This document shows, piece by piece, positions 41,207 to 54,799 of a stretch of 64,000 nucleotides of DNA. The stretch lies in assembly GCF_006345805.1 (NCBI RefSeq), contig NC_042999.1:164114001-164178000 (forward strand), written 5' to 3'. The position numbers were made by a program, and so were the translations under genes. Below the pieces are notes generated by a model, which saw only the letters and a list, made by a program, of their open reading frames with translations, was not told the origin of the DNA and made no database searches. Position 1 is the stretch's first letter. Each line of letters opens with the position of its first letter. This DNA is from Octopus sinensis. Lineage: Eukaryota.

Positions 41207-41629
41207 ATTCAATAAAGGGTGGAATATAATTAATTTAATAAAATTAATCAATTTCACCTAGTAGATTTGTCGGTATGGAAAAGACCATATTTGGTAAAGG
41301 TTATAATAATTATAATAAAGGGTTAAATGCAACAAGTTTCTCAAAACCACATACCGAAAATATTAGAAATAGCAGCCAAAATTGGTCAGTATTTCCTCTA
41401 CTAGTAAAAAGTCTCCACAAACAAACAGAATTTGTAAGCTGTATATGGCCTTTTTTGCCTTTTTTTGCCTTTTTTTGCCTTTTTTTGCCATATACAGCTT
41501 ACAAATTCTGTTTGTTTGTGGAGACTTTTTACTAGTAGAGGAAATACTGACCAATTTTGGCTGCTATTTCTAATATTTTCGGTATGTGGTTTTGAGCAAC
41601 TTGTTGCATTTAACCCTTTATTATAATTA
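41205..41629. repeat. Fold-back element, family D
   Basis: Inverted arms 41307-41449 and 41487-41629, loop of (TTTTTTTGCC)n, family tail on the minus strand at about 41205-41300. Confidence 0.88.
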
Positions 41630-41640
41630 ATATATATATA

Positions 41641-42535
41641 CTGTTTTGTCTGGGGAGAGTCATTCCTTTTTGTGCCTTATTATTTAACACACTCACCGGT
41701 AAAATTTCCACTTATTTCTTATTTCTATTTTCCTAAAATTTTCGTTGTCTTGCAACCTTTTCAATAGTTTTGACTCTGTCCATTATTTACGCTGCGTTCC
41801 CTTTTGTTTGTTTGTGCGCATGTGTGTGGGTCAGTGTGTGTGTGAGTGTGCCTATACATGCATGCATTTACGTATGTGTATGTTTGCATGTGTATGTCTG
41901 TATATATGTGTGTGTATGCATATGTATATATGTATGTATGTGTGTGTGTGCATCTGTATGTACGTATCCTGCATATTTATGTACTTGCATGTCCGTGTTT
42001 GTGCATTTTCTATGTATGTATGTATGTGTGAGCATGTGTTTGTATATGTATGCACCTCTGTCTCCTTGTGTGTGCATGTCTGTGTGTGTGTGTGTGTTAT
42101 GCCACTATGTACCATGCTTGTATGTATGGATGTGCATCTTTATATGCGTGGATCCGTGTCTCCATATGTATCTTTGTGTGAAATAAAGTGTGTATAAATG
42201 GTCGTGTGCTTCAGTCTCCATTTGCGTATGTGTGCTTGTCTGTTCTTGTAACCTATGTACCTATCCGTCTGTATGTTGATTTTCATATCTATATGCTTAC
42301 ATACAAAAAAAGTGCATACACACACTCACACCCACACACACACATACATATATTTATCTACCTAACAGTCCACTAACTATTCTACTCTACCTGTGTAAAC
42401 TGTGGGTATGGAGGTATGGTATCTACTATGTATATTTTAGGAAAATAAAAATAAGAAATAAGTGGAAATTTTACCGGTGAGTGTGTTACATTATAAGGCA
42501 CAAAAAGAAAATGACTCTCCCCAGACATAACAGAA
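41641..42535. repeat. Inverted repeat (about 100-bp arms) enclosing degenerate TG-rich simple repeat
   Basis: CTGTTTTGTCTGGGGAGAGTCATT...TTTTCCTAAAA at 41641-41740 is inverted at about 42435-42535. Partial HHR-like motif (UUGAAAA..GUUG CAAGA CAAC GAAA AUUU UA) on the minus strand at about 41733-41766. Confidence 0.75.
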
Positions 42536-42610
42536 TATGCTTCAACTCACAAACTCATAAAGAATCTTGCAAACCAAATCCCAAAACGAAATATATATAT
42601 ATATATATTT

Positions 42611-44220
42611 GTCAGCCTGTAGTTGTGTTTAAAGTCTCACTTAGCGGTGAGAAGTGTGTTTTGGGGGCGTATCCCTCCGAAAATTGTGTTATTTTTGTGA
42701 CTGTTTTGTACCCTTGACAGGAGGATTACCAAGTTGGCCCGGAGTACCAGGACAGCCAGAAGAATTTGCTCTGTTTTTTTTAACTGTTTCTCGTCATCTT
42801 CATTCCTTCCTGTAGTTTTTTTTAACTTTGAACTTTTGGGGTTTTTTTGTGGACTTTTTTTCAAAAAAAGACATGGCAAAGAAGATAAATAATACTGCGT
42901 TGGAGTGGGAGATTTCGCACCCAAACAGTGGATGAAAGACTTTGAAGAGAGGACGGTGGTGCTACGATCGTAAGAGTGGGCAGAATATTTGCCAACTATT
43001 AAATTCATCTTCAGTGTGGTCAAATATGCAACGGTGTGGTTGCTGTTTGACACCCCTGAGGAGGTTCGCATTTTTGCGAGCCAGCCCCTGGAGAGCAATT
43101 AAATTCTGTTTCTTCCCACGTATTGTGGGAGGAAGTTGACAAGAGCTTGGGTCTGTGGGTTGCCATCCGGAACAAAACCCGAGTGGATAGAGGAAGCTAT
43201 CCGCCGGGGTCTGGGTGGCAGCGGAGCCAACTCCTTAAAGTAAAAGTTTTTCCTGCAGCTGATTGGGTTGGGTCAAAAGCTGTTTTGACCCTTGGACCCA
43301 ATCAGTGAATCTGGTTTTTCCAGATTTTTTTAAATGGCCGGGTGCAGGTACCCGGTGATTCTTGAGGGTCGCCCCACCCCCACCCCAGGTATCATCGGTG
43401 CCTGGAGCCTGGCCATATAAAGAAAAACTGTCCCCAAGAACAAAGTAAGGTCATGGAGTAGTTGGTTGAGACCACTGGAGAAGAGGGAATGAAGGCAGCC
43501 GAGGAGGCGGAGGACTCCTCAAAGAAGGGCCGCAAGAAGAAGAAGGTGAGCAACAATGGATGCTCACCGAAGTATCATAGGGATGAGGGAGGGAAGGCGA
43601 ATCTCCCGGTCACGGAGGAGACGCACCCTCCCTCAGGTGAGAAGAAAAATAGAGGAAGAGGAAGAGAAACGGGACATTGCCGGCAGTCGGTGTCATAGTA
43701 CCGGAATGTCCCGGAACCTCGTCGGTGGGGGTTGTACCACTGGAAGAAGAAGAGATACTGTCGGTAGGAATTGTGCTGCCGACAATAGAAGTGACTACCT
43801 CGTCCCCGGAGGAAGACGAATTATTGGTCTTCTTCTACAAGGGCGGAGATGTGGAGAAGGTGTTGGAAAAGCACCATAAGGGAGTACCTTTAACCTGCAC
43901 GCGAATGGCCTCTGCAGATAGCTGTGGAGGTCATAACGAGGAATATCGCGTATGGCCGGGCGACGCCAACACGGCATCCGCCTTGTGCTTGAATGAGGCG
44001 TGGGTGATGGCGGAGGATGGGGTCACAAGCGATGTTGGGGAGGAATATGGATAAGAGGTTGAAAAGCCTCAGTGTTATTGAAAGTTCCTAGTTGGAAAAA
44101 AAAAGGTAATAGGCTTAGTGCCTCATTTTTTGAATTATGAACAGTGTAAGAGGTTTGTTGCCTCGTGAATAAAATAAGAGATCAATGTTCTCGGCGGGCG
44201 TCGCTTTCCCCCCCCCCCCA
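42611..44220 (-). mobile_element. Probable degraded ORF1 (gag-like) region of an L1/Tx1-like LINE
   Basis: GC-richer island with broken minus-strand frames (e.g. FLPQYVGRNRI) and a K/P-rich stretch. No RT motif seen, so the family assignment is tentative. Confidence 0.35.
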
Positions 44221-44327
44221 TTAATCATCATTTTCATTTTTCATTTCATATAACATTATGTCTGTGTCCAGCCCGCAGCTTACTTGCTCTATGTACGGCC
44301 TTTTATGGCCAATATAATGAAATAAAG

Positions 44328-44455
44328 AAGCTTGCTTCCAAACTGCATGGTTCCGGGTTCAGTTCCACTTGGACAAGTGTCTTCTACTATACCCTCGGAC
44401 TGACCAAGGCCTTGTGAGTGGATTTGGTAGGCGGAAATTGAAAAAAGCCCGTCGT
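44328..44455 (+). mobile_element. SINE family S3 copy
   Basis: GGTTCCGGGTTCAGTTCC..CAAGTGTCTTCTACTATA..GGATTTGGTAGGCGGAAA..GCCCGTCG. Confidence 0.72.
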
Positions 44456-44574
44456 GTTTATATATATACACACACACACACACACACATACATGTATGTA
44501 TGTATGTATGTATGTATGTATGTATGTATGTATGTATGTGTTTGTGGGTCTGTGTTTGTCTCCCCCCACCATCG

Positions 44575-44915
44575 CTCTGGTGAAATGATTAAAGAGGACT
44601 TTTTATGGAAGATGAGGCTCATTGTCACACGGCTAAAAAGACCCAAGATTAGTTGAAAAAGAATGGCATTAAAAAACGTTCGTGGCCAAGCCATTCACCA
44701 GATATGGACCCAATTGAACACCACTGGGGCATAATTGATAGGACACTTCGTAAAAAGAACAAGAAAACATAACCAAAGCTAGATCTTTTGAGATTACTGC
44801 ATGAAACTTGGTAAGAAATTCGCAAGAGAATATTTGTCATCAGATCAGTCATTCATACCTTATAGAATCCTTGCATTGAAAAATGCAAAGGACATGTCAA
44901 CTAAATATTAGGTAT
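44575..44915 (+). mobile_element. Tc1 (DD34E-type) transposase C-terminal remnant
   Basis: The + strand reads WPSHSPDMDPIEHHWGII (cf. WPxQSPDLNPIExxW). Confidence 0.7.
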
Positions 44916-45062
44916 TCACATTATAATAATTAATAAATAATTTGAATGTATAATTTTTAATGATTATAAGGGTGTCTATTTACTTCTGTCATGTGTGTGT
45001 GTGAGTGTAGAGTGAAAGAGAGAGGGGCCAGAGACCGAGACAGAGATAGATAGATAAATAAC

Positions 45063-45112
<50 letters not shown>

Positions 45113-45603
45113 CATACATACATACATACATACATACATACATACATGCATACATACAAATATACATAAATACATACATACATACATACATACATACATA
45201 CATACATACATACATACATACATACATACATACATACATACATACATACATACATACATGCAAAGAAACTCCAGAGTGTTTACATCAAGGTAGTGCAACA
45301 TACTCAAATATAAAATGAGATCTTCATTCCAGAGAAAGATTACACTTTACAGATAACTACTTTATACCTGTTTAACTGTCTGACTGTTTGTCTGCCTGTG
45401 TGTTTGTATGTTTGTCTGTGTGCCTTTGGAAGGCGAATAACACATCTCCATTGAGTTTATTTCTGTGAAGTTTTATGTGCCACATATTTCTATCAATTAG
45501 CAAATTCTATTTCGTTCATTCTCACACTGGTTGTATCATACCAGTTAGCAAAATCACACCACAGGCATATGTTGCAAGTTAGAAAAATTACACCACTGCA
45601 CAA

Positions 45604-45636
<33 letters not shown>

Positions 45637-45984
45637 GAGAGAGAGCTTCAAAGGTGCATAGATGTATGTATATTAAAGTATGTAAGTATAGCTAGATATA
45701 TATGTCTATTATATAAATATGTGTGTGTGTGCGTACATGCATACATACATACATACATACATACATACATACATACATACATACATACATACATACATAC
45801 ATACATACATGCATGCATACATGTGTGTATGTGTGTCCTTGATAATGACCTTCGTGTGGAAACGATCTTTATTGTGCAATGTTAATTTTTAAATAAACAA
45901 ATAGAATTCTACACTTATATCATGTATTAAATACTACTTTTGAAAGTAGTTCCCATTGATTTAATCAATTTCGTACAAAATATA

Positions 45985-46958
45985 TATTAGTTGGAAAGAA
46001 AGACCTGTCGCATTTTTGACATGATTATTTTGAGGGTACTTTTTTCAATACTTACAGTAAAAAAAAAAAATCTCTTTACATTCCAATGGTTATATTTCTA
46101 TCTTTGCAAATTACTTCATTATATAGCGGTTAAATTCGTATTGAAGTTTTAAGTGTCCGGAGATGGTTTGGCCAGTTTCGTTCGGGAAATTTTTCTCTCG
46201 CAGATTCGGCTCAATCTGGATGACCAAGTTCTGTCGATACTGATATTCTGAAAACTGTAGTTGAGGAAAATCCAAAGCAAACTGCTCGAGAAGTAACAAA
46301 ACAGTTCAATTCAAATCATAAGAAAAGTGTCTAAACTTGGTCAGTGGATCACTCATCATCTGCTTCTCCGTTGCGTACCTTTCCTATGTAGAATCATCGC
46401 AAATAAGGAAAAGTGGATCCTCTATAATCAAATGCAACGACAACGACACTAATATATCATAAAGTGTTAAGCCAAAACAAAACTGTTAATTCAGAGAATT
46501 ATTGTCGTCGATTGGCAGCACAATACAAAAATGTGCAGAAAAAGCGCTCATCATTGGTGAATCGTAAATGGGTGATATTAGTTGATGATGCAAGGCTACT
46601 TATGATACGAGTCATTCGGAAATGATCGTGGCACTAAATATGAAATTTTTTTGTTTCATCCTCCTTTCGCTCGACCTTACTTCGCCTGTCTCTCATCTTT
46701 TCAGATCCTTACAACATTATTTTGAGGGAAGACAGTTTATTAATTGTAAATAGGTTTAAAATGAAATTGACTGTTTCTTTCCTTTGAAATCTGAAGAATG
46801 TTACGCCTGAGGAAACAACAATTTGCGAAACAGATGGGATCTCGTTATCACTAATAAAGGAAAAATATTATCTTGATCAAATGTATCAATCAAGGCCAAA
46901 GAAGCATTTGATTTTTTCCCATCTTGAGATGTGACAAGACTTTCTTCCCAACCTAATA
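45985..46958 (+). mobile_element. Degraded mariner element
   Basis: TIRs TATTAG(G)TTGG(A/G)AAGAAAG at both ends. Remnant HPP..P..HLFRSLQHYFEGRQF (cf. HPPYSPDLAPSDYHLFRSLQ). Confidence 0.75.
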
Positions 46959-47809
46959 CATACATATGGCTCGCCTTTCAATCATATGCTTTTCTCAAAT
47001 GTTCGAAGACGATTGGAATTTCGTAGTTAAAGAGATATCATTCGTTTTATCTTTTCGTGTTTGAAATATGTTAAAGATTGTGAAGTAGCAATGTCTATTG
47101 GTCTATGTTCTTTAATTAATCTATATATTTGAAATTCTATATATTTGAAATTCTAGGTTTATTATGCCTTAGGTTATTCTTAATTTCTTTCTTGGCGTCT
47201 CAGTAACGTGAAATTTTGAGTAAGTCATTTTCGTTCAATGCGTTTAGTTTGAAAGTGCATTTTAAGTTTTATAATTCATGAGGTGGCAATGTCTAGTCTT
47301 AAGATATTTCTATGTTCTATACATAGTCTTTTTAATTCCTGTACTCAATAGCTATAGGCAAGAAATAATTTATGTTTGAGATTTGATGTTTGTATTTGTA
47401 ATAAGCTAGCGTAGATGTAATGAACATGCCCTAATGTTTCGTTCTTGATTTTTGCCTATTAATTCCCAGGCAGCATTCAATTGTACTGTTCCAATATCGA
47501 AATCCTAATGATATTCATTTGGTAAATGATGATGGAGGTACAGTTTTGCTATGCTTGTTGTCTGCGAATCTTCTATATCTTACGTTCTCGATCTATTTTG
47601 TCCTTCATTCTCGTACAACCGAACTTGACTTTTTGGTTCATGGTGATTTTCTTGTCTATATTGAACTATAAATTGATATCGCGTGATTGTCTTTCATGAG
47701 GATTTTAATTCTGGTTAGGATAATATTTAAAGGCTTTCTAATTTATGGGGGTTTCGTTATACATACATACACACACATATATATAAATGTATATATGCGT
47801 ATATACATA

Positions 47810-47854
<45 letters not shown>

Positions 47855-47919
47855 ATAAACAAGTGATGGAAAAAAAAGTCAAGGTAGAAAATGCTAAAAT
47901 AATTTTATAAAAAACATTT

Positions 47920-47955
47920 CAGTACCGGTTTCAGTCATTGGAACTTTTTCAACCG
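47920..47955 (-). ncRNA. Minimal type I hammerhead motif (U3-A8 core)
   Basis: CGG-UUGAAAA-AGUU CCAAU GACU-GAAA-CCGG-UA-CUG. Confidence 0.55.
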
Positions 47956-48100
47956 TAAGTATGGAAAACAATTGAATTTAGAAAAATTAAAAGAAAAGTT
48001 TTTTAAAGGAATATTTGTATAGTGTTCAAATACAAGTAAAATTTTCCTTGTTTCTGCCTTTTTCTGTCTCTCTTGTTTATTCTTGTGGGTTCGAGGCGGT

Positions 48101-48187
<87 letters not shown>

Positions 48188-49190
48188 GATTACTAAAGTA
48201 CCGGCACAGTTTCGATTACCTGTTGTTATCCGTAGATTTATTGCAGGAACATCGTAGTGGGGGTTGGGGTAACAGTATTAATAAAATAGATGGAATCTGT
48301 AATAGAGTTTATTGGGTACAACACATGTTTCGACTCGTTCAGGTTCTCTTCGGATACATCAATAAAAAGTCTCACTAGAGATTTCCTGGGTCGGCTTACG
48401 TACCGCTATATATCCATCAAATTCGAGAATGGGTAAAAACAGAAAATTATATGAATGTGAAAATTATACATTCTAGTTTAGAGAGTATATATTTATCTAC
48501 ATCTTGTACGACTCTATTCTTTCTTTTATTCTTTCTTTCTTTCTATCAGCCCTTTCACGCTTACTTCGTTCCCCCTCTCTCACATTTCCTTGCCTTCTCT
48601 TCATGCTCACTTTCCCTCCTCTTTTCACTTCACTGTGTCCTGTAATTTTTTCTCGCCCCTCCTTAATTCTTCTGTCTCTTTGCCTCTACCGCTCTCTCTT
48701 CTCACCCCACGTGACCGGTGTTCGGCCAAGCCTGACCTTTCTTTCTTGGTCCCCGCCGTCCGTGCAACATCTATATTCATCCCTGTGCCTGTGAAATCTT
48801 GTATCCCTGCCGTAAGGCTTTATTTTCACACACGCCAGCTTAATTTAATTCGACATTAGTCGAAAGACACCTGCTGTTATCTCCTGTTATTTGTATTTGT
48901 GTAACATTCTCCCGTTTTTTTTTTTTTCGTCCTTGTTTTCGTATATATTCGCTGCTTTCTTCCAAGGAATCTAATGCTCTTAGCTTAGTTTTCCTTTGGG
49001 GCTGGCCAGATTGGAGCAATCTCGAGTATAACCTGCCGAAATTGCAAAGATAATCTGGAACTCAACTGAGGAAAGAAAACTCCGAATGACTCGTCCTTGT
49101 TTTCTTTGTATCGTCTATCTGGATGTTTTATTGTCCCCTTTTTTGTAACACCTAACTGTCTGGATGTTTTTTCGTTCTTGTCCCATTTTG

Positions 49191-49257
<67 letters not shown>

Positions 49258-49262
49258 CATAT

Positions 49263-49302
<40 letters not shown>

Positions 49303-49488
49303 TAATGTACACAATATATAGTTATGAGCTAGTAATAGACTCATACATTGAAGATATCATCTAGGCAAGTATTAACACACGCCTAGTGTCTTCATACATA
49401 CATACATACATAGTAGAAATAAAAAAGATAAGCAATAAAAGTAGATCAAAGATGGAAAGATAGGTTTAAATGGCATAAAGTAACACAC

Positions 49489-49551
<63 letters not shown>

Positions 49552-49578
49552 ACGCACATGCATATGTGTATGTATATA

Positions 49579-49622
<44 letters not shown>

Positions 49623-51319
49623 TTTCCAGAAACGATGAATCTCGAAGCAAATAAAGTTATAAATAATAGTATATTAGCGTATAAATATTGAGTTAAAAAC
49701 CCCTTAGCTCGGGAAAGACGAAGACTGTCCTCATGACACGAACCTTCATCTCCCGTAATTCTTTATCTCAAAAATATTTTGACCCAATATTTAGACGCTA
49801 TTATTCATAACTTTACTTGCTTCGAAATTTCTTTCTCTTAAAAAGAATATTTCATGTTCTCGAACTTTCTAAATTTTTAGGACGTCATGACATCAGCAAT
49901 ATATATGTATATATATTTATAGATAAGCTATTTAGAGGAAAAGTTAACAAGGATATTGGTACTATACCTAATATTTGGGGGGAAATGAAATTTCTTTAAA
50001 TCAATAAGTAATATATTAAGAATAAAGTTCATGTTCTGTTAAATGAAGGAAAGAAAACTGAGTTAAAATAATAATGATTATTCATTAGTAAAAAATTGGT
50101 AATCTTTACATCTTACAGCCGTTTCCATTAGTGCTCAAATAGGTAAATTACAAAGTTATGCTTTAAATTTGCATTTATGTATTATGAGTATAATTTCATC
50201 AGAGAAAAAGTTATACATTAAGATATTACACATGGACCCTTCCATTCTTGCAAGCAGACTAAATAAGAAGTTGTTATTTTTATTATGAGTCAGTGAAGGG
50301 TTAACGGATCAGTTAGAACAAAATGGGTAATAAAGTAAATGAGATAGAATAAAATAAAAAGGTAAATAAAGTAAAAATGGAAATAAAATGAAGAAAATTT
50401 AAAATAAATAATATAAATGTAAAATAAGTAAATAACAGAACTAAAATATCCAATTATGATATATATATATATAAATGTGTAAATACATATACATTCATTG
50501 TCATTTATGCATATAAAAAAATAACATACAGATCCCAAATTAATCGGTTGAGGAAATTTTAAATTAGTGCCCATAGACAATAGCGTCTGCTGAGGGAAAT
50601 GCATCTTGTCATAACGGTTATTCAAATACATACATACACAGACACACTCGCATATATACATGTATGCGTAAATACACACGCACACACACACACATATGTA
50701 TACATATATACACGCATATACATGCATACACACATACATACACACACATACACGCGTAAGCGCACAGATGTACAGATACTTTCACATATGTACACATATT
50801 GTGCGTATATATACTATGTAGCTTTCAAATTAGTTTATAATAATATGTTAAAATATAGTTATTGATGTAAGGTAATAAAGACAACGGAATGGTGTATTAT
50901 AAGTTGTATAGTCGATCTTGTTTATGTATAAATATATGAGAAGAAGATAATTCAGTGGATATAATAGCTCCAAAGGGCTCAGAAAAAACATCTAGTAAAG
51001 GGGCACATATTAATTTCAATTTGTTATATAAGTAAATGATTATTAATTAATATATATAGTTTGATATTAATTAATTTTATACGAAAATGTTAAATTATAG
51101 CGATTAATGTAAGATCATGCAGCCAGAAATAATGCGTCATATAAGTGATATGGTCATTATTATTTAGGTATGTGTAAATACATGGGAGGAAGGAATTCCA
51201 ATAGCAGAATTAATGACTCCAAAGTGTTCAGAAAAGTATTAATTTCAATTTATTATTAATATCATGTTTTATAGCTATGTTATCCTATGATATAATTAAA
51301 TATTTTAAAATTAAACTCA

Positions 51320-51935
51320 GAAAACATGTTTCGCTGCATGAATACAAGAAATACTTTTTTTTCTTTTCGTAAGTGAAGTAAATATTTTTAGAAGCAAGTA
51401 TTCTAAAAGCTTCTCCGGTACACAAGTTACATCTCCTGTTTGAGACTCTATACAAACTTGCAGAATAAATAATGTCCCATCTAATTTTAAATTCAATGTT
51501 ATTATCGTTTAAATCCCGTATGAACTTACTTAATCCAGTGGAATTAATTTTTTGCCTATTTTAAAACTCTGATTTTAATCCTATTTTCGGTAGAACCTAT
51601 ATAATAATACTTTTCCCCTGAGATTCTACTGTACATTGGTAGACTACGTTATCTTTCTTACATGAATTTTTGAATTTACAATTAGTTTTAACTTTGCAGT
51701 CACAATATTCGTTTACACCCTTATGTGTATATTTATTAGAAGAATTGATAGTAAAGGAATTAGTATGGGTTATTTCCCTTCTGTCGTTCGGGAATCTATA
51801 GCTGTTAGTATTATTGTATAAGTTTGTGAGATTATTAGAGTAAATTTTATTTAATTTTCCATTCTTAATGGATGTTACAACTGAGAACAGGTCACGAGTA
51901 AGGATAAAATCAATTCTAACATTTTTATAGTAGTA
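51320..51935 (-). mobile_element. Penelope-like element linker + GIY-YIG remnant (missed by ORF track)
   Basis: Hand translation with frameshifts: CDCKVKTNCKFKNSCKKDNVVYQCTV..YYIGSTEN..NSTGLSKFI..WDII..CNLCTGEAFRI. Confidence 0.8.
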
Positions 51936-52668
51936 GTCACTAGTACAGTAACAATACGAAAGTGCATGATGTAATTGAAGTAGCTCCCTCCGTGGCGTCC
52001 GTGAGAATGGTCGAATTCATAGCCTCAATCGCAAGAAGGCGAGGCTGAAGTTCTCAGTGAAAGGGAGCTGGTCGTGTCTTTAGACGGAACGATGATCGTT
52101 GCTTCCTAGTCACCAATATATACGAGAACATGTTCTAAGTCAGATCACCAATATTAAGCCAAACGGTCACCACTTTTAGCAGTCCGTAAGTGTGCCTGGT
52201 AGTTAAGCATGCGATGCTTCGCTAAATTAAATCTTCCGATACGGACGGTTGGTTGGTTGGTTGGTTGGTCCAAACCGAAACAACATGGAAGCGACGGCGG
52301 CGCTAGGAGTGCGCGCGAGAATGCCTCCAAGAAAGTCACATTGTTTGTTCAATCCGCTGGCTCATCAGAAGAACTTACTGAGCAGCCAGCGTTGACGTGA
52401 GTGAAAGAACTACGCGCCGAGAGAGTTCCAAAGAGAAGGAAGGAAAACTCTCTAGTGAGAAATGGCGACTGTCATTTTACCTTCTGGGATTTTATGTATA
52501 TGTATTATTTTTTATGTGACTGGGAACCAAGGTGTTTTTTTTATACATGATTAAATGTTTGAGGAGTGGTGGTGTATGTAAAGTCGTTGACCCAAATTTA
52601 ATGTTTGTTCTATAACCAATTCTTCTTATATATATGTATATGTGTGTGTATGTACGGGTATATGTATA

Positions 52669-52715
<47 letters not shown>

Positions 52716-53193
52716 ATGTGTGTGTAGTGATAATTTACAAAAAAAAACAAGACAAAGACGGGTGTGTAAACAACAAACAGTTGTATTAGTTTAACGTTCG
52801 GGAAGTTTCGATCCTACGTTCTTCGACAGAAATGAACACAGAAATAAACTGGGTGAGAAAATAGAAAAAGGTTTAGTGGCTAGGGATCTATCATGGCGAA
52901 TGCCGTATAGAGGGGTTGCACAGGAGAGCTAGGAAGAAGGGGAGATAATAGAATAGTGGTGATTCCAAAATGAAGGTGCGGGAGCGTGTGTATGTGAGAT
53001 CGTGTAAGTGCATGTGTAAGGGGGTTGGTGACATTGACGTGTGCGTGTGTGCATGTGTAGGTGTGTGGATGAAGGTGTAGGTGCTGGGAAGTGGTCAGTG
53101 CTAGTGTGTGTGCTGGTGTATATGTATATATGTATATATATACATATATGTGTGTGTATTATATATATATGTACATATATACATATACATATA

Positions 53194-53263
<70 letters not shown>

Positions 53264-53325
53264 TATGTATATGTATGTATATATATATGTATGTATGTAT
53301 GTATGTATTTGTGTGTGTGTGTATT

Positions 53326-54588
53326 CAGGGTGCGCTGAATATGTTATCGTCTAAATTACGCAAAAATGAAAATAACACTGACATCTCATTTTAACAGATA
53401 TATCTTCCAAAGTTACATAAAAATATCTTGAAATACTAAAGAGTTAATTTATTCAATAAAATCGCCTCCAGACTCAGAATCTCATGCAACTTTTCTGGAC
53501 GGTCTCTTTGTTTAAGTTGGTGAATGCTGCTATAATCTTTGCCTTCAGATCATCTTTGGTGTTGCAAAAAGTTTTGTTGGTCTCTCGCTCAGCTGCGTCC
53601 CACACATAATTATCAAGGTTGTTGCAGTCTGAGGAGTTAGGTGGCCAGATGTTAGGGGTGATGTGGTCGCAGAAATTGTCTGACATCCATAACTGAGTTC
53701 TCCTGCTTGTATGGCATGACGCAGGGTCCCATTGTCAGAGAGGGTTGTCCAGTAGCCAGTCTCTTGAACCAGGGCAGCACTACCACCTCCAGTCACTTGA
53801 TGAAGGCCTCCGTGTTGAGTCTGAGGCCTTGTGGGAAGATGAACGGAGGCATAACGTCGCCATCACTAGTGATCACTCCAAACACTATGATTTTGACTGG
53901 ATGTTTGATTTTTTATCCCTCTTGGTACATGTTTTGGGGTCATGGCAAGCCAACAGTTGTTCTGTATGTTTACCATCTGATCCTGGCAGAAATTTTCTCG
54001 TCTGTTCGGTAGAAGAGGATGCTTGAGTTTGCTCAAAAGCTTCGTAGCGCGGTCTTTCCTCTTGACTTTGATGGCTTTGATGGGATTAGAATTGTCCCTT
54101 TCTCATAATGTATGAGGAATACCAAATGTCTTCAAGCACTACCTGCCTGATAAGAAACTCAGACACTCCCATGTCCCTGGCGATGGACCTGATTGACTTG
54201 GAGGGATCATTGTCAATCATGATCTGGATCTCGCCAACCAATTCAGTTCTTTTCTTAAGAGATTGATCAGAGTGAGTTTTCCGAGATGTCGTAGCTTCGA
54301 AATCACCATTAGACTTATCCAATTCTTTCCGAATCCTCTGCACTGTCTTCAGATTGACACTCAAGTACCCTGAAATATTCGTATTGGAGCTTCTGGTGCG
54401 AATGCCAAACAGTACATCATGTCGTTTCCAAATTTCTGGCAGAGTGAATGGCGTCATGGTGCTGTTTTTCTCACAAACGGTGCCCAATTGACCCTACTAT
54501 ACTGTGTAGTTGACAAAATCAAAAACAAACAATGCATATGCGCGAAATTAAAAATATAAAATGGCGGCAGTTTACCCATCACACCCAG
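53326..54588 (-). mobile_element. Tc1/mariner superfamily, maT (DD37D) element, pseudogenised
   Basis: HTH region in 54086-54487 (SIRSIARDMGVSE). Catalytic segment QWD-PASCH...WPPNSSDCNNL-D has exactly 37 residues between the two Asp. Degenerate TIRs CAGGGTG.../...CACCCAG-TA. In-frame stops present. Confidence 0.85.
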
Positions 54589-54598
54589 TATGTGTGTG

Positions 54599-54649
<51 letters not shown>

Positions 54650-54799
54650 TGTGTGTGTAGTGCAATATATGGATTGATAGAATTGTGGCCATCACAGAAA
54701 ACTCCTCTAGTGGACCAGGCTATCATATTGAACTACCATGTAGTTGTTCAGTATGGAGGAGTATAATTCAGAGCTCTATGCAGCTGAAATCCATGAAAT

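Noticed and set aside
41450-41487. Short regularly spaced repeats (CRISPR-like)
   Set aside because: No unique spacers, no cas genes, eukaryotic context.
46975-47750. Possible additional decayed PLE coding remnant on the minus strand
   Set aside because: Too degraded to recover a diagnostic motif by eye.
52355-52395. CUGAUGA on the minus strand in a hairpin
   Set aside because: No properly placed GAAA, stem III or UH, so it is not a hammerhead. No convincing SECIS either.
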